This document shows, piece after piece, positions 25,190-39,028 of a DNA stretch of 64,000 nt. The stretch is from Octopus vulgaris (taxonomy: Eukaryota), in assembly GCA_951406725.2 (NCBI GenBank), contig OX597823.1, positions 13,826,001-13,890,000 of the forward strand, given 5' to 3'. Positions within the stretch are counted from its first letter, which is position 1. Each line of letters opens with the position of its first letter. A model generated the notes under the pieces. That model saw only the letters and a list, made by a program, of their open reading frames with translations, was not told the DNA's origin and made no database searches. The position numbers were made by a program, and so were the translations under genes.

Positions 25190-25575
25190 TTTTTTATTTG
25201 TTTCAGTCATTTGATTACGGCCACGCTGGAGCACTTTAATCGAGCAAATCGATCCCAGGACTTATTCTTTATAAGCCTAGTGTTTATTCTACCAGTCGCT
25301 TTTGCCGAACCGCTAGGTGACGGGGACGTAAACACACTAGCATCTGTTGTCAAGCAATGTTGGAGATACAAAGACAGATAAACAAACATATACATACATA
25401 CATACATACATACATACATACATACATACATACATACATACATACATACATGTATATATACGTATATACGACGGGCTTCTTTCAGTGTCCATCTACCAAA
25501 TCCATTCACAAGGCTTTAGTCGGCACGAGGCTATAGTAGAAGACACTTGCCCAAGGTGCCACGCTGTGGGACTAA
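25190..25575 (-). mobile_element. Family A SINE (head truncated)
   Basis: Homology to 6836-7286. Confidence 0.85.
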
Positions 25576-26120
25576 ACTTCTTGGGTTATTTCTGAAAACT
25601 TTTTTGTCTGTACGGAAAGATAGTCGCTCATCTCCTAATCACTGATAAGTGAAGGAAGTTGAGATACGATGATTGCTTAATGCATTTTATATATACATTT
25701 TATATACTTTATACACAATTTTATAGACTTAATACACAGCACTCTCCCACTTTCTCTGTTACTCTTCACCTTACTCACTTTTTCTCTCTCCTTTTTCTTT
25801 TGCTCTTCACCTTTCCCTTTAGCTAATTATGTGAAATCGTTACAGACGGGCTAAGTAACGGAGGAACAAACAGAATTATTATAAGATGCTGTCCAATTAT
25901 TGTTCTTTGAGCCAGAGAATAGAATTTGTAGACTGCTATCTTCTCGGTTAACCAACTGAAAGAATCTAGAAACAGAAACTTTTGTAAACTCATTGCAGCA
26001 GATAGAAGGAATATTGTAGTCCGGTTTTTGATGAGGAATTTAGATTTAAATCGCAAAATAGTGATCAAATATTAATTGTTTGTCATGTGTGCGCGCGTGT
26101 GTGTGTTTGGGTGTGCATAT

Positions 26121-26543
26121 ACTCTTTTACTCTTTTACTCTTTTACTTGTTTCAGTCAGTTGACTGTGGCCATGCTGGAGCACCGCCTTTAGTCGAGCAA
26201 ATCGACCCCGGAACTTATTCTTTGTAAGCCCAGTACTTATTCTATCGGTCTCTTTTGCCGAACCGCTAAGTGACGGGGACATAAACACACCAGCATCGGT
26301 TGTCAAGCAATGCTAGGGGGACAAACACAGACACACAAACATATACACACACATACATATATATATATATACATATATACGACGGGCTTATTTCAGTTTC
26401 CGTCTACCAAATCCACTCACAAGGCTTTGGTCGGCCCGAGGCTACAGTAGAAGACACTTGCCCAAGATGCCACGCAGTGCGACTGAACCCGGAACCGTGT
26501 GGTAGGTGAGCAAGCTACTTACCACACAGCCACTCCTGCGCCT
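26121..26543 (-). mobile_element. Family A SINE, full length; a second short tail fragment follows at ~26565-26612
   Basis: Homology to 6836-7286. Confidence 0.9.
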
Positions 26544-27049
26544 ATGTGTATATTTTATTCCTTTATTCTTTTATTTGTTTCAGTCATTTGACTGTGGCCA
26601 TGCTGGAGCACTGCTTATTTATGCGTTCATTTGTATGTGTAAAATTATATATATATGTGTGTGTGTGTGTTTGTATGTGTATGTATGCATGTATGCATCT
26701 ATGTATGCTTGTCTCTGCGTGTGTGTGTGTGTGTGTCTATCTTCTACTATAACTCATACGCATCACTGTAAACCAATACACGCGCATACACGTGCGTGCG
26801 GGAGCACGCACAGAGACGGAAAAGCTGACCAGGAACTCATTATACCTTCTACATTATCACCTTATAATTCCCCTCGCCAACTCCAGGGTCCTTTAGAAAT
26901 CTTTCAGTTTGATTTACTGCCCCCCCCCCCGCCCCATACACACTCCCCAGCCACCCCCGCACTAACTCCGTCAAACAACAACACCTAACTTCACTCCCCG
27001 CACACCTCCCTCCACCACGCACCTTACCCGGTGCAGCTTCTCCTTCAGG

Positions 27050-27063
27050 CACACACACACACG

Positions 27064-27095
<32 letters not shown>

Positions 27096-27337
27096 CACAC
27101 ACACGCACACACACACACAGAAACACACACACACAAACACGCACACGCACACGCTGCGTCACCACAAGCCCGCTTCGCATTATTTCCACCACTCTCCTCT
27201 CCAGGCTATATCTTAAAAACTTAGTTACTCTAGAAAGCACACACGCACACATACACACACACACATATACGCACACTCTCACACACACACACGCACATAC
27301 ACACACCAACAGACACACATACATATAGTCATGGACA

Positions 27338-27376
<39 letters not shown>

Positions 27377-27492
27377 CATCATTATCATTATTATTATTAA
27401 ACCCCTACACACACATACACACATATTCACATACAAGCACATATCCATATACTATACATAGACGCATGTTCATCTACATTTTATAATTACTA

Positions 27493-27549
<57 letters not shown>

Positions 27550-27636
27550 CATTATTATTATTATTATCATCATCATCATCATCAGTATTATTATCATCAT
27601 CATCATCATCATCATCATTATTATTATTATTATTAA

Positions 27637-27684
<48 letters not shown>

Positions 27685-27731
27685 CATTATTATTATTATT
27701 ATTATTGTTATTGTTATTATTATCCTTATCA

Positions 27732-27765
<34 letters not shown>

Positions 27766-27840
27766 CATTATTATTATTATTATTACACCCCCTCTCACAC
27801 ACACACACACACACATACACACATTCACACACATAATCAC
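27050..27840. repeat. (CA)n and (ATT/ATC)n microsatellite cluster
   Basis: Direct reading. Confidence 0.9.
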
Positions 27841-28206
27841 ACAGAGACATTCGCACAGGGGCACATTAGTTCCTGCCTTATAAACTAGTTTATTTCTGCA
27901 GGCTCCAGGCGAGAAGTAACAAACTCCAATCACGATCAGATGCACAATATTAGGGTTATTTTCGCCTCAGGCTGCAGCAGCAGCATCAGCATCAGCAGCA
28001 TCATCAACAGCAGCACCACTCTGAGCAACTTTACTAAATTACAACAACAAAAACAGCACCAACGACCAATAGCAGGGAGATTTTTTTTTTTTTTGAAAAA
28101 TAGGTGAAAATAGAACGACTGTAAAAACTACAAAAAACAAATACGACCCCTCCAGTAATCTTAGCAGGAAAATTAATTCACAAGCTTATATACATACATA
28201 TGTGTA

Positions 28207-28243
<37 letters not shown>

Positions 28244-28911
28244 AGATCAGGGACGTGTGTACGTATGTATAGGTGGCGCAAAAACAAAAAGATATATATA
28301 TTTTGCTCGTGGGTATGTTTGCCGGCATCAAAATGAGGTTTTGAAATATCTTACTGGCAAATTTTGTTCTGCACAACCCGTTTTCAATTCTGTCAATCTA
28401 TTTCTATCTTTTTTTTTTTTTAATCTATTTATATATCTCACCTTTTCTTTTATACTTCTTTTCTTTCTTTCCTTTCCTTCCTTCCTTCCTTCTTCTTTCT
28501 TTCCTTTCTTTCCCTCACCCCTCTCTCTCTCTCACACTCTCTCTCTTTTCACCTTTGTATATTCGTATACAGATTAACACACCACACACGTATACAGACA
28601 CATACATACACACACCTGTACATACATACATACACACACACACACACATATATATATAAATATATATTAGATGTTTATATATATATATGCATCTACATAT
28701 ACACACACACACACATAGGGATACGTATATATTACTTATATATTTAAATATATGTGTGTGTGCGCGCTTGTGTGCCTGTGTAAGTGTATGCATGATATGT
28801 GTGTGTGTGTGTGTGCGTGTGAGCGTGATATGTGTGGAAGTGTAAGAAATGAGGGTGAGAGAGAGATAAAGAGAGCGAGAGAGAGAAAGAGAGCGAGAGA
28901 GAGAAAGAGGT

Positions 28912-29235
28912 ACAGGCGTGGCTGTGTGATAATGAGTTTGCTTCTCAACCGCATGCTTCCGGGTTCAGTCCCACTGCGTGGCACCTTAGGCAAGTGTCTT
29001 CTACTATAGCCTCGAGCCGACCAAAACCTTGTGAATGGATTTGGTAGACGGAAACTGAAAGAAGCTTGTAATGTGTGTGCATGTGTGTCTGGGGATGTTC
29101 CCCACCACCGCTTCGGTGTTAAGTATCAGGCTTTTAAAAAAATAAGTCCTGGGGTCGTTTCATTCGATTAAAAATTCTTCATGGTGGTGCTCCCAGTATA
29201 GCCGCAGTCATTGCCTGAAACAGTTAAAAACTAAA
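28912..29235 (+). mobile_element. Family A SINE, diverged with internal deletion
   Basis: Head aggcgtggctgtgtg..ggttcagtccc; tail gccgcagtc. Confidence 0.8.
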
Positions 29236-29509
29236 AGTGCGTGTTTGGGCTTATTTAGTTGCTTTTTTTGCTTTTGTTTTCGTCTTTTTTTTTTCATTTG
29301 GTGTGGAAGATTCTTGGTTTGAACTTCATGTGTTCAAGAAGAGTTTGTTGTATTTGAAGTCATCATGCCAATAATGAACACACGCATTGGTTAACCAATT
29401 AAAGAATGATATAAAAGTGAAATACAACTAGTGCATGTGTTCATTATTGACATAATGACCCCTCCAAAATACGACAAGATGTACACTCGCAAACATCTAT
29501 ATTTATACA

Positions 29510-29547
<38 letters not shown>

Positions 29548-29558
29548 GAGAGAGAGAG

Positions 29559-29616
<58 letters not shown>

Positions 29617-29618
<2 letters not shown>

Positions 29619-29909
29619 CACGTAACCACGTGATATAACGTGACCGACCAGACCATCACATGTTGCTACACATCGCTGGTCACAATGCGCTTCGGATTGT
29701 TTTAGCCTTCGAATGACGCCACCCCGCTGGCTAAGCGAGCAGGCCAACAGAAGGGAGTACAGCAGGAATCGCTACTATCTCCTGCCGGAGCTTCGTGGAG
29801 CTTTTAAGTGTTTTCGCTCAATAAACACTCACAACGCCCGGTCTGGGAATCGAAACCGCGATCCTACGACCGCGAGTCCGCTACCCTGACCACTGGGCCA
29901 TTGCGCCTC

Positions 29910-29912
<3 letters not shown>
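29617..29912 (-). mobile_element. SINE family B, tail variant 3
   Basis: 29753-29912 is the reverse complement of the family B head; 29617-29752 is a tail unrelated to the other B copies. Confidence 0.8.
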
Positions 29913-29981
<69 letters not shown>

Positions 29982-30614
29982 CATACATACATACATACAT
30001 ACATACATACATACATACATACATACATACATACATACATACATACATACATACATGCAAGCATGCATACGCGTTTCGAGATTAAAGTAAAGGTAAATTT
30101 ACTTACTTATTTCTCATCTTCAGTGTAGCATTTCAAGATATAAATTTGAGAGTGATACCCAACCAACACTTCCAAAAATGTGCAGCCAAATGTGAACACA
30201 TATTTATGTATGTTACGAGCAATCCCGCAGAAGCTGCAGTTTTCGATCAGGGAGTAAAGTTCAATATTAATAAGAAAATTGTAAAATTAATTAATTAATT
30301 AATTAATTAATTAATAATTCATAATTTTACCAAGTAGATCGGTCACATTAGTATTTAATTAAATTAAATTCTATGTCTTTGTGCAGCTGAAGATTGTTCT
30401 ACATTTTAAATTGATGTAATGAAATGATTGTATTGCACAATTAAATGGAGTTGCATGAAACGATCGTACTGCATTACCTTTAGACATCCTTGTTACTTAT
30501 TTTGATTTATATATATATTAGTATTTTAGGTGAAAGTGATATTACTAAGGGTAAGTTGTTTTTTTTAATATACTGCATATGAAAGATAATTTATTATAAA
30601 TTTATTTAAAAAAC

Positions 30615-31003
30615 AGTGGCTGTGTGGTAAGTAGCTTGCTAACCAACCACATGGTTCCGGGTTCAGTCCCACTGCGTGGCATCTTGGGCAAGTGTCTTCT
30701 GCTATAGTCCCGGGCCGACCAATGCCTTGTGAGTGGATTTGGTAGACGGAAACTGAAAGAAGCCTGTAGTATATATGTATATATATATAAGTGTGTGTGT
30801 CTGTGTTTGTCCCCCTAGCATTGCTTGACAACCGATGCTGGTGTGTTTACGTCCCCGTCACTTAGCGGTTCGGCAAAAGAGGCCGATAGAATAAGTACTG
30901 GGCTTACAAAGAATAAGTCCCGGGGTCGAGTTGCTCGACTAAAGGCGGTGCTCTAGCATGGCCGCAGTCAAATGACTGAAACAAGTAAAAGAGTAAAAGA
31001 GAG
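30615..31003 (+). mobile_element. Family A SINE
   Basis: Homology to 6836-7286 in reverse. Confidence 0.9.
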
Positions 31004-31519
31004 AGTAATAATACATGTATCTTTTTAATTAGGGGAATTATTTGTATATTCACTAAACCATACGTGTAATATATGGTTAAAATTATATGTTGCAATTTAT
31101 TCGGACCAAAGTCAAATAAGGGACAAAAGACCAAACGTGACCGTACAAGTTGTTTCACTAAGTTGTTATTTATCGCTAAAATTATTCTTAAAATCTATTC
31201 TCCGATAAAATGCATTAATTGTAATTCTCCATGCAACAGCGTTTAGTTACTAGATGAATGAACCAACTCAATATATATCCTAATATATCCTCTTATATAT
31301 ATATACATACATATTACTAAATTGTTATTATTTATCTCTAAAATTATGTTTAAAATCTATTTTATCTGACAAGATGCCTCAAATGCAAGACTCTATGTAA
31401 TAGTGTTGAATAATTACTGGTATTTTTATATATTATACATGTAAAGCATAATATGTTATACATGTATGTATATTTTTATAATTGTTTTTTTTTAATAAAT
31501 AAATAGACATAATATAATG

Positions 31520-32260
31520 TCTAAAATTTGGGGTTGGGGCAGTCGATTAGATCGACCAAGTATGCAACCGGTACTTAATTTATTGACTCCGAAAGGATGA
31601 AAGGCAAATTCGACCTCGGCGGAATTTGAACTCACAACCTTAAGACTGACGAAATACCTATTTCTTTACTACCCACAAGGGGTTAAACACGGAGGGGACA
31701 AACAAGGACAGACAAACGGATTAAGTCGGTTATATCGACTCCAGTGCGTAACTGGTACTTATTTAATCGACCCCGAAAGGATGGAAGGCAAAGTCGACCA
31801 CGGCGGAATTTGAACTCACAACGTAGCGGCAGATGAAATACCTATTTCTTTACTACCCACAAGGGGCTAAATATAGAGGGGACAATTAAGGACAGACATA
31901 GGTATTAAGTCGATTACATGGACCCCAGTGCGTAACTGGTACTTATTTAATCGACCCCGAAAGGATGGAAGGCAAAGTCGACCACGGCGGAATTTGAACT
32001 CACAACGTAGCGGCAGATGAAATACCTATTTCTTTACTACCCACAAGGGGCTAAATATAGAGGGGACAATTAAGGACAGACATAGGTATTAAGTCGATTA
32101 CATGGACCCCAGTGCGTAACTGGTACTTATTTAATCGACCCCGAAAGGATGGAAGGCAAAGTCGACCACGGCGGAATTTGAACTCAGAACGTAGCGGCAG
32201 ACAAAATACCGCTAAGCATTTCGCCCGGCGTGCTAACGGTTCTGCCAGCTCGCCGCCTTA
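31520..32260 (-). mobile_element. Family C SINE tetramer (tandem ~182-bp units, head at right end)
   Basis: Four copies of the cgaaaggat(g)..ggcaaa..cggcggaatttgaactca core; same junction as in 9490-10246. Confidence 0.9.
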
Positions 32261-32393
32261 TTAGTATTGGATATTAATGGAATTAATATCGAATCCAGTG
32301 TAAATCGGAATCCAGAAATATTGATGTAGTCGATCTCTGATATTCGACGATGGGGATACATTTGCTCATTTGACTGAATAACCGGCTCCCTAG

Positions 32394-32715
32394 AAGGCGC
32401 GTGGCTCAGTGGTTAGAGCATCAAGCTTACGATCGTGAGGTTGTGAGCTCGAATCCCGGACCGGGCTGCGTGTTGTGTTCTTGAGCAAGACACTTTATTT
32501 CAGTTGCTCCAGTTCACTCAGCTGTAGAAATGAGTTGCGACGTCACAGGTGCCAAGCTGTATCGGCCCTTGCCTTTCCCTTGGACAACATCAGTGACGTG
32601 GAGAGGGGAGGCCGGTATGCATGGGCGACTGCTGGTCTTCCATAAAACAACCTTGCCCAGACTTGTGCCTCAGACAGGTGCAAACCCATGGTCAGTGTCT
32701 GACCGAAGGGGGTCA
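32394..32715 (+). mobile_element. tRNA-derived SINE family D
   Basis: A box TGGCTCAGTGG, B-box-like GAGCTCGAATCCC, then tgtgttcttgagcaagacacttt..cactcagctgtagaaatgag. Degenerate relatives at ~16440-16543(-), ~39930-40050(-) and ~43690-43810(+). Confidence 0.8.
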
Positions 32716-32999
32716 CCAATTGACATGCTGGTGCCTGAGTATACTATAAACACGTACACTCTTAACATTAATTCTCACGTAGAGTTAACATGATGTAGTG
32801 TATAATAAAGCTGTACCTTTTGATTGATCCGAAGGCTTCTGTGCTGTTGCACTCGACCTAGTTTCTCTCAAAAGTCCTAGGCTATAAGAGAATAGCAATC
32901 GGCGAAGATGTCCCGAACTGGAATTGAACTTGGTGTCTTGTAGTTGCGAAGCAAATTTCTTAACCATCAGATCATAATGCCTCGAAAATATTGGTTCCA

Positions 33000-33205
33000 A
33001 ATTTTGGCACAAGGCCAGTCATTTCGGGGAGGTGACTAGTCGATTACATCAACCCCAGTATTTGACTGGTACTTAATTTATCGACCTCGAAAGGATGAAA
33101 GGCAAAGTCGACCTCGGCAGAACTTGGACTTAGAACGTAAAGATAGACAAAATGCCGCTAAGCATTTTGCCCAGCAAGGTAACGTTTCTGCCAGCTCTCC
33201 ACCTT
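33000..33205 (-). mobile_element. Family C SINE monomer
   Basis: Core and head homology to the other family C copies. Confidence 0.85.
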
Positions 33206-33515
33206 CATAATGCGTCAACATTTTTTAACGTACTAACCGTGACTGATGGAGGCACTGCCCTGATCAAATATCCGTATAGCGTTCATATCTATGTCTGCGT
33301 ACGATTTACAGTTGGGTGTAATAGACTGAATTCGAGGGAATTGGTAAACACCGAGGAAACATTGGTAACTTAGAAAGTATACATACGTATATTTTTTTTA
33401 GCGTGTATTTGTGTGTTGGAATCTATCTATCTATCTGTGCATAGCTATCTATCTATCTATCTGTGTATATATATATATATATAAATAAAAAATCTTGCAC
33501 AACAAATATTTAAAC

Positions 33516-33581
<66 letters not shown>

Positions 33582-33694
33582 CAACAACTGAGGAACGTTG
33601 AATTTATATATATAGTCTCTGACTATTTTCTCTCTCTCACTAGACCGCTGGTGGCGAAAAAATTTCTATTGAATTTTTTGCTACCCTATATTGA

Positions 33695-33736
<42 letters not shown>

Positions 33737-33770
33737 TAAGAAAGTTTGTTTGGTAAAGCACGTGGGTGAA

Positions 33771-34592
33771 TATATAAGAAAATAGTAAAGTGTGAAAAAA
33801 CGACAGGAGGCTTAAATGTTAAAAAATATATATATTTGTGTCAAAATGTCTGGAGAATATTCGAAAAAATTTTTTTCCCCTTCCTTAAAATGACATAATT
33901 TTAAAATTTTTAAAGAAATTACCGGTTTCGCGTGTAGCTTTTCAAATTTCTTGTGACGTTATGTTTATATTGCATGGAGTTATCGTTGTTTTTATTTCCA
34001 GGAGATTTCTAAATAAGGGGAGGTAGTGAGTGATTTCTTCCGGTGTAATGGAGATAATCGCTTAAATTTTTTTTTTTCCTTTTTCCTTGTTAATTTCTCT
34101 GTGTCAGTATGTTCGGATGGTTGAGTCTGGGTTTGTACTTTTCAATGAAGAATGTTTCTTGTTCAGTCTCATTTGTATCAACACAAATGAGACTGAACAA
34201 GGAAACATTCTTCATTGAAAAGTACAAACCCAGACTCAACCATCCGAACATACTGACACAGAGAAATTAACAAGGAAAAGGGAAAAAAAAAAAAAAAAAT
34301 TTTTTAAGCGATTATCTCCCTTACACCGGAAGAAATCACTCACTACCTCCCCTTATTTAGAAATCTCCTGGAAACAAAAACAACGATAACTCCATGCAAT
34401 ATAAACATAACGTCACAAGAAATTTGAAAAGCTACACGCGAAACCGGTAATTTCTTTAAAAATTTTAAAATTATGTCATTTTAAGGAAGGGGAAAAAAAA
34501 ATTTTTTCCAATATTCTCCAGACATTTTGACACAAATATATATATTTTTTAACATTTAAGCCTCCTGTCGTTTTTTCACACTTTACTATTTT

Positions 34593-34600
<8 letters not shown>
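33771..34600. mobile_element. Penelope-like element 3' end folded back on itself (~410-bp arms, 6-nt loop) inside (TA)n
   Basis: Arms 33771-34176 and 34183-34600 are near-perfect reverse complements. 34181-34270(+) reads TQMRLNKETFFIEKYKPRLNHPNILTQRN*, the RLxxExxxIxxxxPxLN C-terminus of GIY-YIG endonucleases. Each arm carries a hammerhead-like motif. Confidence 0.85.
34417..34456 (+). ncRNA. Minimal hammerhead-like motif, variant core (mirror copy at 33913-33952 on the minus strand)
   Basis: AAGAAAU-UUGAAAA-GC uacac GC-GAAA-CCGG-UA-AUUUCUU: 7-bp stem I, palindromic ACCGGU stem III, GUA triplet; core UUGAAAA instead of CUGANGA. Confidence 0.6.
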
Positions 34601-34664
<64 letters not shown>

Positions 34665-34682
34665 TACATATATATATATATA

Positions 34683-35574
34683 CAGCCTTGGACAAAAGTA
34701 TTAGTGGTTTCTTCACTCGCACGCACCATCATTGCTACATCCACACACCTTTTTTTTTAAACTTTCACGAGTCAAAACCTGCCTCTCCATCCTCACCTTC
34801 CTTTTCAAGTGGTACTTGAAAAAGTTGATGAGCGATTGGCCAGAGAGGTAAGTGTTTGTCTCTAATCGTTTCGCTCGAGTCCACCACACAGATTCTTTCA
34901 CCGTAGCCACCAGTACGATGAAGACTGCCTTGCTTTTCCGGTTGAGGGAGGTGGCGGAGCAATTTTCACAATAGACTCAGCCGACAGGCGAACTCATCCC
35001 ACAAGTGACAGCAGCCGTTCGGCATAAGCCCACAGGTCCGAAATGGTTGGATACTGCACAAGTGCGTGCAGAACGGTTTTGTCGCTCTGACCGCATCTCG
35101 GGCAAGTCAGCCCGGTGTGTCTCGAACCGTGCCTGTAGAGCTTATCCCGAACAGGTAATGCTTCTCGATAGCACTGCCAGCCAGGGATCTCTGGTGATTC
35201 TCCATAGGTCCCGGCCCGAAAGTTGTCCTGAACAGGCGGGCTAGGTGTTCTTCGTCGACACCCACATTCTGCCCGAGAACTTTGTTGCACCTCCCCTCCA
35301 CTAATCTTCTATAGAACGCCTTTGTTGTAATGAAGTCGCAGAAATTTGGTCCCGGACGGCAGAGTTGCTTGAGAGTGACGCGACACTCGCGGTGCCATTC
35401 GCCTAGCCTCGGACTTTGTTTGATCCACGACTGCAGTTCGGCCAAGCAGACGAGCTGCGGGAAAGCGCGCCGCACAAACGGCGACCACACCTGTTCACCG
35501 TCGTCTATGAAGCGCCGGAGATGTCGCAGTCTCAGCGCATATCTGCGCATCATCAACCACGGTATGGCTAGCCC

Positions 35575-35578
<4 letters not shown>
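34683..35578 (-). mobile_element. Tx1/L1-group LINE ORF2 3' fragment (post-RT region and zf-RVT), frameshifted
   Basis: [48 protein letters not shown] and VKESVWWTR. Bounded by (GATA)n and (TA)n. Confidence 0.8.
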
Positions 35579-35638
<60 letters not shown>

Positions 35639-35643
35639 GAAAG

Positions 35644-35692
<49 letters not shown>

Positions 35693-35715
35693 TATAGATA
35701 GATAGATAGATAGAT

Positions 35716-35774
<59 letters not shown>

Positions 35775-35812
35775 GGAATGATAGATGGATGGATGGATGA
35801 ATGGATAGATGA
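35575..35812. repeat. (GATA)n/(GATG)n microsatellite
   Basis: Direct reading. Confidence 0.95.
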
Positions 35813-36639
35813 GTATACATCGTCGCCGCAAGCACTGCTGTTGACGGTGATGGTGGTGTTGGTGGTGCTGCTAAGAAATTGCTCTTATCCCTAACAATCC
35901 AATTAACTCTATAAATAGTTTTGTCTCCGAAGTTCAATATTTGCAATACCATTTATGTTTCACCTTCTCCATATATAACCTTCCGATAGTTGCTTAATCA
36001 AAGGATCTCATCCTATGTTGATCTACCGCAACAATTGTAAGGGATAATTCCATCGAAGGATGCAGCACAAATAAAGAAAATAGTGGGGTTTTTTTTAACG
36101 GTTTACGCTATTTCGAATAATTTAAACGGTGCGGTTAAGGTTAACAATAATAACAATGATATCAGCAACAACAACAGCGTAGCAGCAACACTCACAATGC
36201 ACGCGTGTGCACGCGCTCGCGCACACACACACACACACAGACACACACGGACACACGCACTCACACATATGCCCACATTCGCTTGCGCGAACACACACTC
36301 GCACACATGCACACAGACACGACCTCTTTGCCAAATATAAAAGAAAATGAAAGGCCAAGTTGAGGAACCAAGGTATCAGTTTATTTTTCGCTTACACCAC
36401 AAGTTATCACCTGGTTGAATAAAATTTGCTTGGCAGACTTATAAGACCAAAGATATATATTCCATCAGAGCTCTTCATCAACAAACGCGAGAAGGGAAAA
36501 ATCACTTTTTTTCCTATTTTGCCCTTATAATGTAGTAGGGTGTGGTTTGATGTAGATTTGGCTCTTATTTCTAGCTGAGTGAGTTACCACGTAGCAGCCT
36601 CATCGTTGTCGTATAGATTAAAGAAAAAGAATTTGAGGG

Positions 36640-37070
36640 AAAGTTCTATGAGCTGAACCCGGAGGCTATGGCGCTGAGTGATAACTAAAAGATAGCTAAA
36701 AGGTTTTATAGGATTTCTCTGTAGAGACTGACAATACCATTGAAGGAAGGATATCAGATATGATCAGAGAGTATGGAAAATAAAATCAATGTAAGATCAT
36801 AGAGTTCGCAATACCATTCAATAGCCATTTGGGAATGAAGGAAACTGAGAAATCTGAAGTATCAAATACTTACCAGAGTAATAAAGAAATTACTGAAGAC
36901 GAGGGTGAAAATTGTTCCATTGATAAGAAGCGCACATTGGTAGAACGACCAAACTGATAGCCGACAGGCTGAAGAACACTGATTTTGAGATAATATTATC
37001 AGCCTACAGAAAAATGCCATCCTGTTTCTTGCGAGAATCATAGAAAAACAAAGATTCTTGAGATCTGAGA
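36640..37070 (+). mobile_element. Old R4/Dong-type LINE 3' relic (restriction-like endonuclease domain)
   Basis: Broken frames give TDNTIEGRISDMI, CKIIEFAIPFNS..KETEK, KYQILTRVIKKL..VKIVPLI and LQKNAILFLARII, collinear with the 38390-39031 protein. Confidence 0.6.
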
Positions 37071-37284
37071 ACAGCAAAATAAAAGACATCCTCAGGTTAT
37101 GTAAAATACTGTTTCAAAAACACCTCCGATCGTAACTCGACGCATTCTAAGTCCTAGGAAGTCGAAAATCCCCTCTCGTCCATAGCACTCCTTAATTTTG
37201 CAGTGATGGGCAGAAATGGACAAGTTTCAGAGGTAGTGTTGGAAAAGAAACGAGAGGAAAACAAGAACCAGCCACACACACACA

Positions 37285-37289
<5 letters not shown>

Positions 37290-37316
<27 letters not shown>

Positions 37317-37402
37317 CGATGGGCTTCTTTCAGTTTCCGTCTACCAACATCGGTTGCTAAGCGATGGTGTATGTGGGGGACAAACACAGACACAAATAAC
37401 AA

Positions 37403-37451
<49 letters not shown>

Positions 37452-37612
37452 CGGGCTTCTTTCAGTTTCCGTCTACCAAATCCTTTCATAAGGCTTTGGT
37501 CGTCCCGAGGCTATAGTAGAAGACACTTGCCCAATGTGCCACGCAGTGGAACTGAACCCAGAACCATGTGGTTGGTAAGCAAGCTACTTACCACACAGCC
37601 ATTACTGCGCCT
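37290..37612 (-). mobile_element. Family A SINE 5' part with a short internal duplication
   Basis: gggcttctttcagtttccgtctaccaa occurs twice (~37320, ~37453); head at the right end. Confidence 0.8.
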
Positions 37613-37852
37613 TTATTCATTATTTATTATTATTTATTTATTTATTTATTTCATGGAACAGTGGATCTCAAACACATAAGGCTATAAATAATAGCCTATG
37701 AATATTGGATTAAGAAAAAATAGTTTTGAATTTGTTTTTATTTTTATTTTGTTTTCAAACTATTCTTAATTATTTCAATCCTTAATTATCGACTGGGGTC
37801 GATTTAATCGATAGGCCCTCTCTCCCTCAAAATATAGTAGAAAGGATTATTA

Positions 37853-37907
<55 letters not shown>

Positions 37908-37915
37908 CATCATCA

Positions 37916-37980
<65 letters not shown>

Positions 37981-37983
<3 letters not shown>

Positions 37984-38200
37984 TAGTTTTATTTTTATAG
38001 CGTGCTTTCACTTCACTACCGAGCGCAGCTCTGTGTGCCTTGGGTATGTGCTGTGATTTGTTGTGATGCTCTGATGGTTATTGTATGGAAAGTGTTCTGC
38101 GTAGGATGTGTGCAGTGCCTAGTAGTGCAATTTTCTGTATGTTATATGTGTTTGTAAGTCCTGGTGTTTTTGTGATGTATTTGTCTGAATATTCTTTTTA

Positions 38201-38202
<2 letters not shown>
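37981..38202 (-). mobile_element. R4/Dong-type LINE, short 3' fragment (family 1) in (TAA)n
   Basis: Minus strand SDKYITKTPGLTNTYNIQKIALLGTAHILRRTLSIQ*, then a 3' UTR ending in (TAA)n. Confidence 0.8.
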
Positions 38203-38231
<29 letters not shown>

Positions 38232-38235
38232 CATT

Positions 38236-39028
38236 GTCATTTACTTTTAATCTGCATGTTTGATGCAATCACCTGCCGGGGCACACCCAGCGCCCTAGGG
38301 CAAGTGAAGGTTAAGAGTTGTTGAAATACAGCTGAAAGCTTGGGGAGGGGAAGTAGAGATATATCTCCATGTAATGCAAACACAGACATTTACATTGATA
38401 GGGTTTTTCTAAGGATGTGGGCAGTACTTGTTAGCACAATCTTTTGGATTTCCTTGAGACATGGTTTTCCAGGGATATTGTCTAGGTGTTTCTGACATCC
38501 CTTTTTTATCATACCTAGGGCACCTACAATAACAGGAACAGTTTTTGTTTTAAGATTCCACATCCTCTGTATTTCGATTTCCAGGTCCTTATATTTACTA
38601 AGTTTGTCAAATTCCTTGACAGATACATTTTTATCAGTGGGGACGCTTACTTCTATTAGTCTGCAGGTATTTTCTTCCCTGTCCTTAACACTTATGTCTG
38701 GTCGATTAGCCTTGATCGTTCTGTCAGTGTTGACTGGAAAATCCCAGAGGATGGTGACATCTTTACCTTCAACAACTGGCTGAGGATGGTGTTCGTACCA
38801 GTTAGCAGGAGTGTCGGATTTGTAGTGTTTACATATCTTCCAATGTATATACTGTCCTACCCTATCGTAGCGATTTTTGTATTCGTTTGGTGTCAGCACA
38901 GGACATCCCGAAACGAGATGGTCTATCGTTTCGTCAAATGTGTCGCAGAATCTACATTTAGGGTCAGTACCGTTTCGGAGAACGTTAGCCTGGTAATTTC
39001 TGGTAAACAAGCTTTGATCTTGTGCTGC

